Source: an uncultured delta proteobacterium
GTDB lineage: Bacteria > Myxococcota > Myxococcia > Myxococcales > Myxococcaceae
DNA length: 64,000 bases
Assembly (NCBI GenBank): GCA_963771175.1
Contig: CAVYSY010000054.1
Span: 64,001 to 128,000 of the forward strand
Reading direction: 5' to 3'
Below, piece by piece: positions 62,834 to 64,000 of this stretch (positions are counted from its first letter, which is position 1; the number at the start of each line of letters is the position of its first letter). The notes under the pieces were generated by a model, which worked only from the letters and a program-made list of their open reading frames with translations, was not told the origin of the DNA and did no database searches. The position numbers were made by a program, and so were the translations under genes.

Positions 62834-63628
62834 ATGCGTGCGCGGGTGTCCGGGGCCCTCGGCGTCTCGGTGGCACTGCACGTGCTCGGCGCGGTGGCCC
62901 TGGGGTGGGGTGCGTCGGAGCCGGAGCGCGTCGTGCCGGGCCGGCCGCTGGAGGTGCAGCTCGTCTGGCGCGATGCGTCGAGGAGCGGAGTGCCCGGGCC
63001 GGCTTCCCCCGAGGCCCCCGCCCCGCGCCCCCCTCCCGGACGGCGCCAGAAGGGGGGCCGTGCTCGTGTGCAGTCCCCGCCGGAGGTGCATGCCCCCGCG
63101 CCTGCTCCGGCGGCGGCCCCGTCCGAGCCGGAGCCCGAGGCCGTTGCCTCCGAGTCTCCCTCCAGTGGCCCGCTGGCGGCCGTGGAGTCGGTGAACCCGG
63201 GGGCTCTGTCGGGACAGGGCGACGAGGGGTCCGCTCCGTCGGGTCCGTCGGGAGGAGGGGCGTCTCCCGAGGTGCGCTCTCCGGGAGGGGGCACGCCTGG
63301 AAGCCGCGCGGGCGGATTGGACTCGGAGCTCGGGGCCTACCGCGAGCAGCTCTCCCGGCGAGTGACCCGGCAGCGGCGCTATCCCGCACAGGCGGTGCGG
63401 CTCGGCCTGGAGGGCACGGTGCTGGTCCGCGTACGTATCAACCACGATGGCGCGCTGGCCGCGCCGCCCCGGCTCGAGGGCTCCTCGCGCTTCCGGGTGC
63501 TGGACGTCGAGGCCCTGCGCATGGTGGAGGCCGCCGCGCCTTTCGCGCCCCTTCCCTCGGAGCTGATTCGGGAATCGGCCGAGTTCGTCATCCCGGTGAG
63601 CTTCTCCCTGCGCGCCACGGCGGGCTGA
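62834..63628 (+). CDS. tonB: TonB family energy transducer
   Basis: SVALH TM motif; Pro-rich linker; YPAQAVRLGLEGTVLV, SSRFRVLD, IPVSF. Confidence 0.85.
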   Translation: MRARVSGALGVSVALHVLGAVALGWGASEPERVVPGRPLEVQLVWRDASRSGVPGPASPEAPAPRPPPGRRQKGGRARVQSPPEVHAPAPAPAAAPSEPEPEAVASESPSSGPLAAVESVNPGALSGQGDEGSAPSGPSGGGASPEVRSPGGGTPGSRAGGLDSELGAYREQLSRRVTRQRRYPAQAVRLGLEGTVLVRVRINHDGALAAPPRLEGSSRFRVLDVEALRMVEAAAPFAPLPSELIRESAEFVIPVSFSLRATAG

Positions 63629-63769
63629 GCCCTCCCACTTCTGGTCCGGGTCGTGGGGGCGATCTCGCCGCCTGCCCACTCACCGGTTAGAGTGCTGGCT
63701 TGGTTACGGGGAGGCACCTGGGCTCGGTCTGCGCGTGTGCTTCCCCAAGCGTCACTGCGGGAGGGCGGT

Positions 63770-64000
63770 ATGGACGGCGCCATGAACAGTCTCAACGGCC
63801 TCCTGGCCATCTACCAGGAGGATCGTTTCTTCTATGTCGGCGTCTGCTCCGCGCTGCTGAGCATCACCGCGTTCCTGGTGTTCGCGCTGCCGTGGACGTG
63901 GCTGGCCCACAAGAACCCCGAGTCGCTGAAGAAGTACCGGGTGCAGGGCAAGGACTTCCCGGTGCAGCGGTGGTTCAAGCCGTCGCTGCAGCGGTTCGCC
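63770..64000 (+). CDS. Probable sterol desaturase/fatty acid hydroxylase family protein, N-terminus only
   Basis: Open frame MDGAMNSLNG...FLVFALPWTWLAHKNPESLKKYRVQ resembles the ERG25-like N-terminal KY-IQ motif; the His boxes would lie beyond the window. Confidence 0.5.
   Translation, partial: MDGAMNSLNGLLAIYQEDRFFYVGVCSALLSITAFLVFALPWTWLAHKNPESLKKYRVQGKDFPVQRWFKPSLQRFA

Noticed and set aside
60632..63679. Very long antisense ORFs (1015 aa here; also 15083-17401, 28246-30504 and others)
   Set aside because: These are shadow frames of real high-GC genes; they are Arg/Gly/Pro-rich and carry no recognisable motifs.

Overview
A 64 kb high-GC chromosomal window that looks myxobacterial (Archangium/Cystobacter-like): it has a DUF2378 protein, many lipoproteins, kinase-derived orphan genes and S8 proteases. 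Many genes are split by single-base indels that cluster in very GC-rich stretches. I treat these as probable long-read assembly errors, so coordinates of frameshifted genes are approximate. No rRNA, tRNA or CRISPR array was seen. Main observations: (1) An apparent rhodanese + SufS-type cysteine desulfurase + ETHE1-type persulfide dioxygenase fusion gene directly upstream of a class III adenylate cyclase and an APH-like kinase, a candidate persulfide-to-cAMP signalling module. (2) A dispersed family of GGTGTC...GACACC palindromic REP/REPIN-like elements at the borders of accessory genes. Four element ends carry 12-14 bp tandem duplications, two abut duplicated gene 3' ends, and one holds a 96-bp MITE. 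A RAYT-like transposase remnant is nearby. (3) An operon of an Ala-rich amphipathic protein, a ribosome-domain-less trigger factor, a membrane protein and a TolB-like protein. (4) A nadE-asnB-adenylation-ACP-two-acyltransferase carrier-protein cluster. (5) Three toxin-antitoxin modules or remnants, a Schlafen/AlbA_2 ATPase gene, and many short gene fragments. All family assignments come from motifs read by eye; no database search was run.
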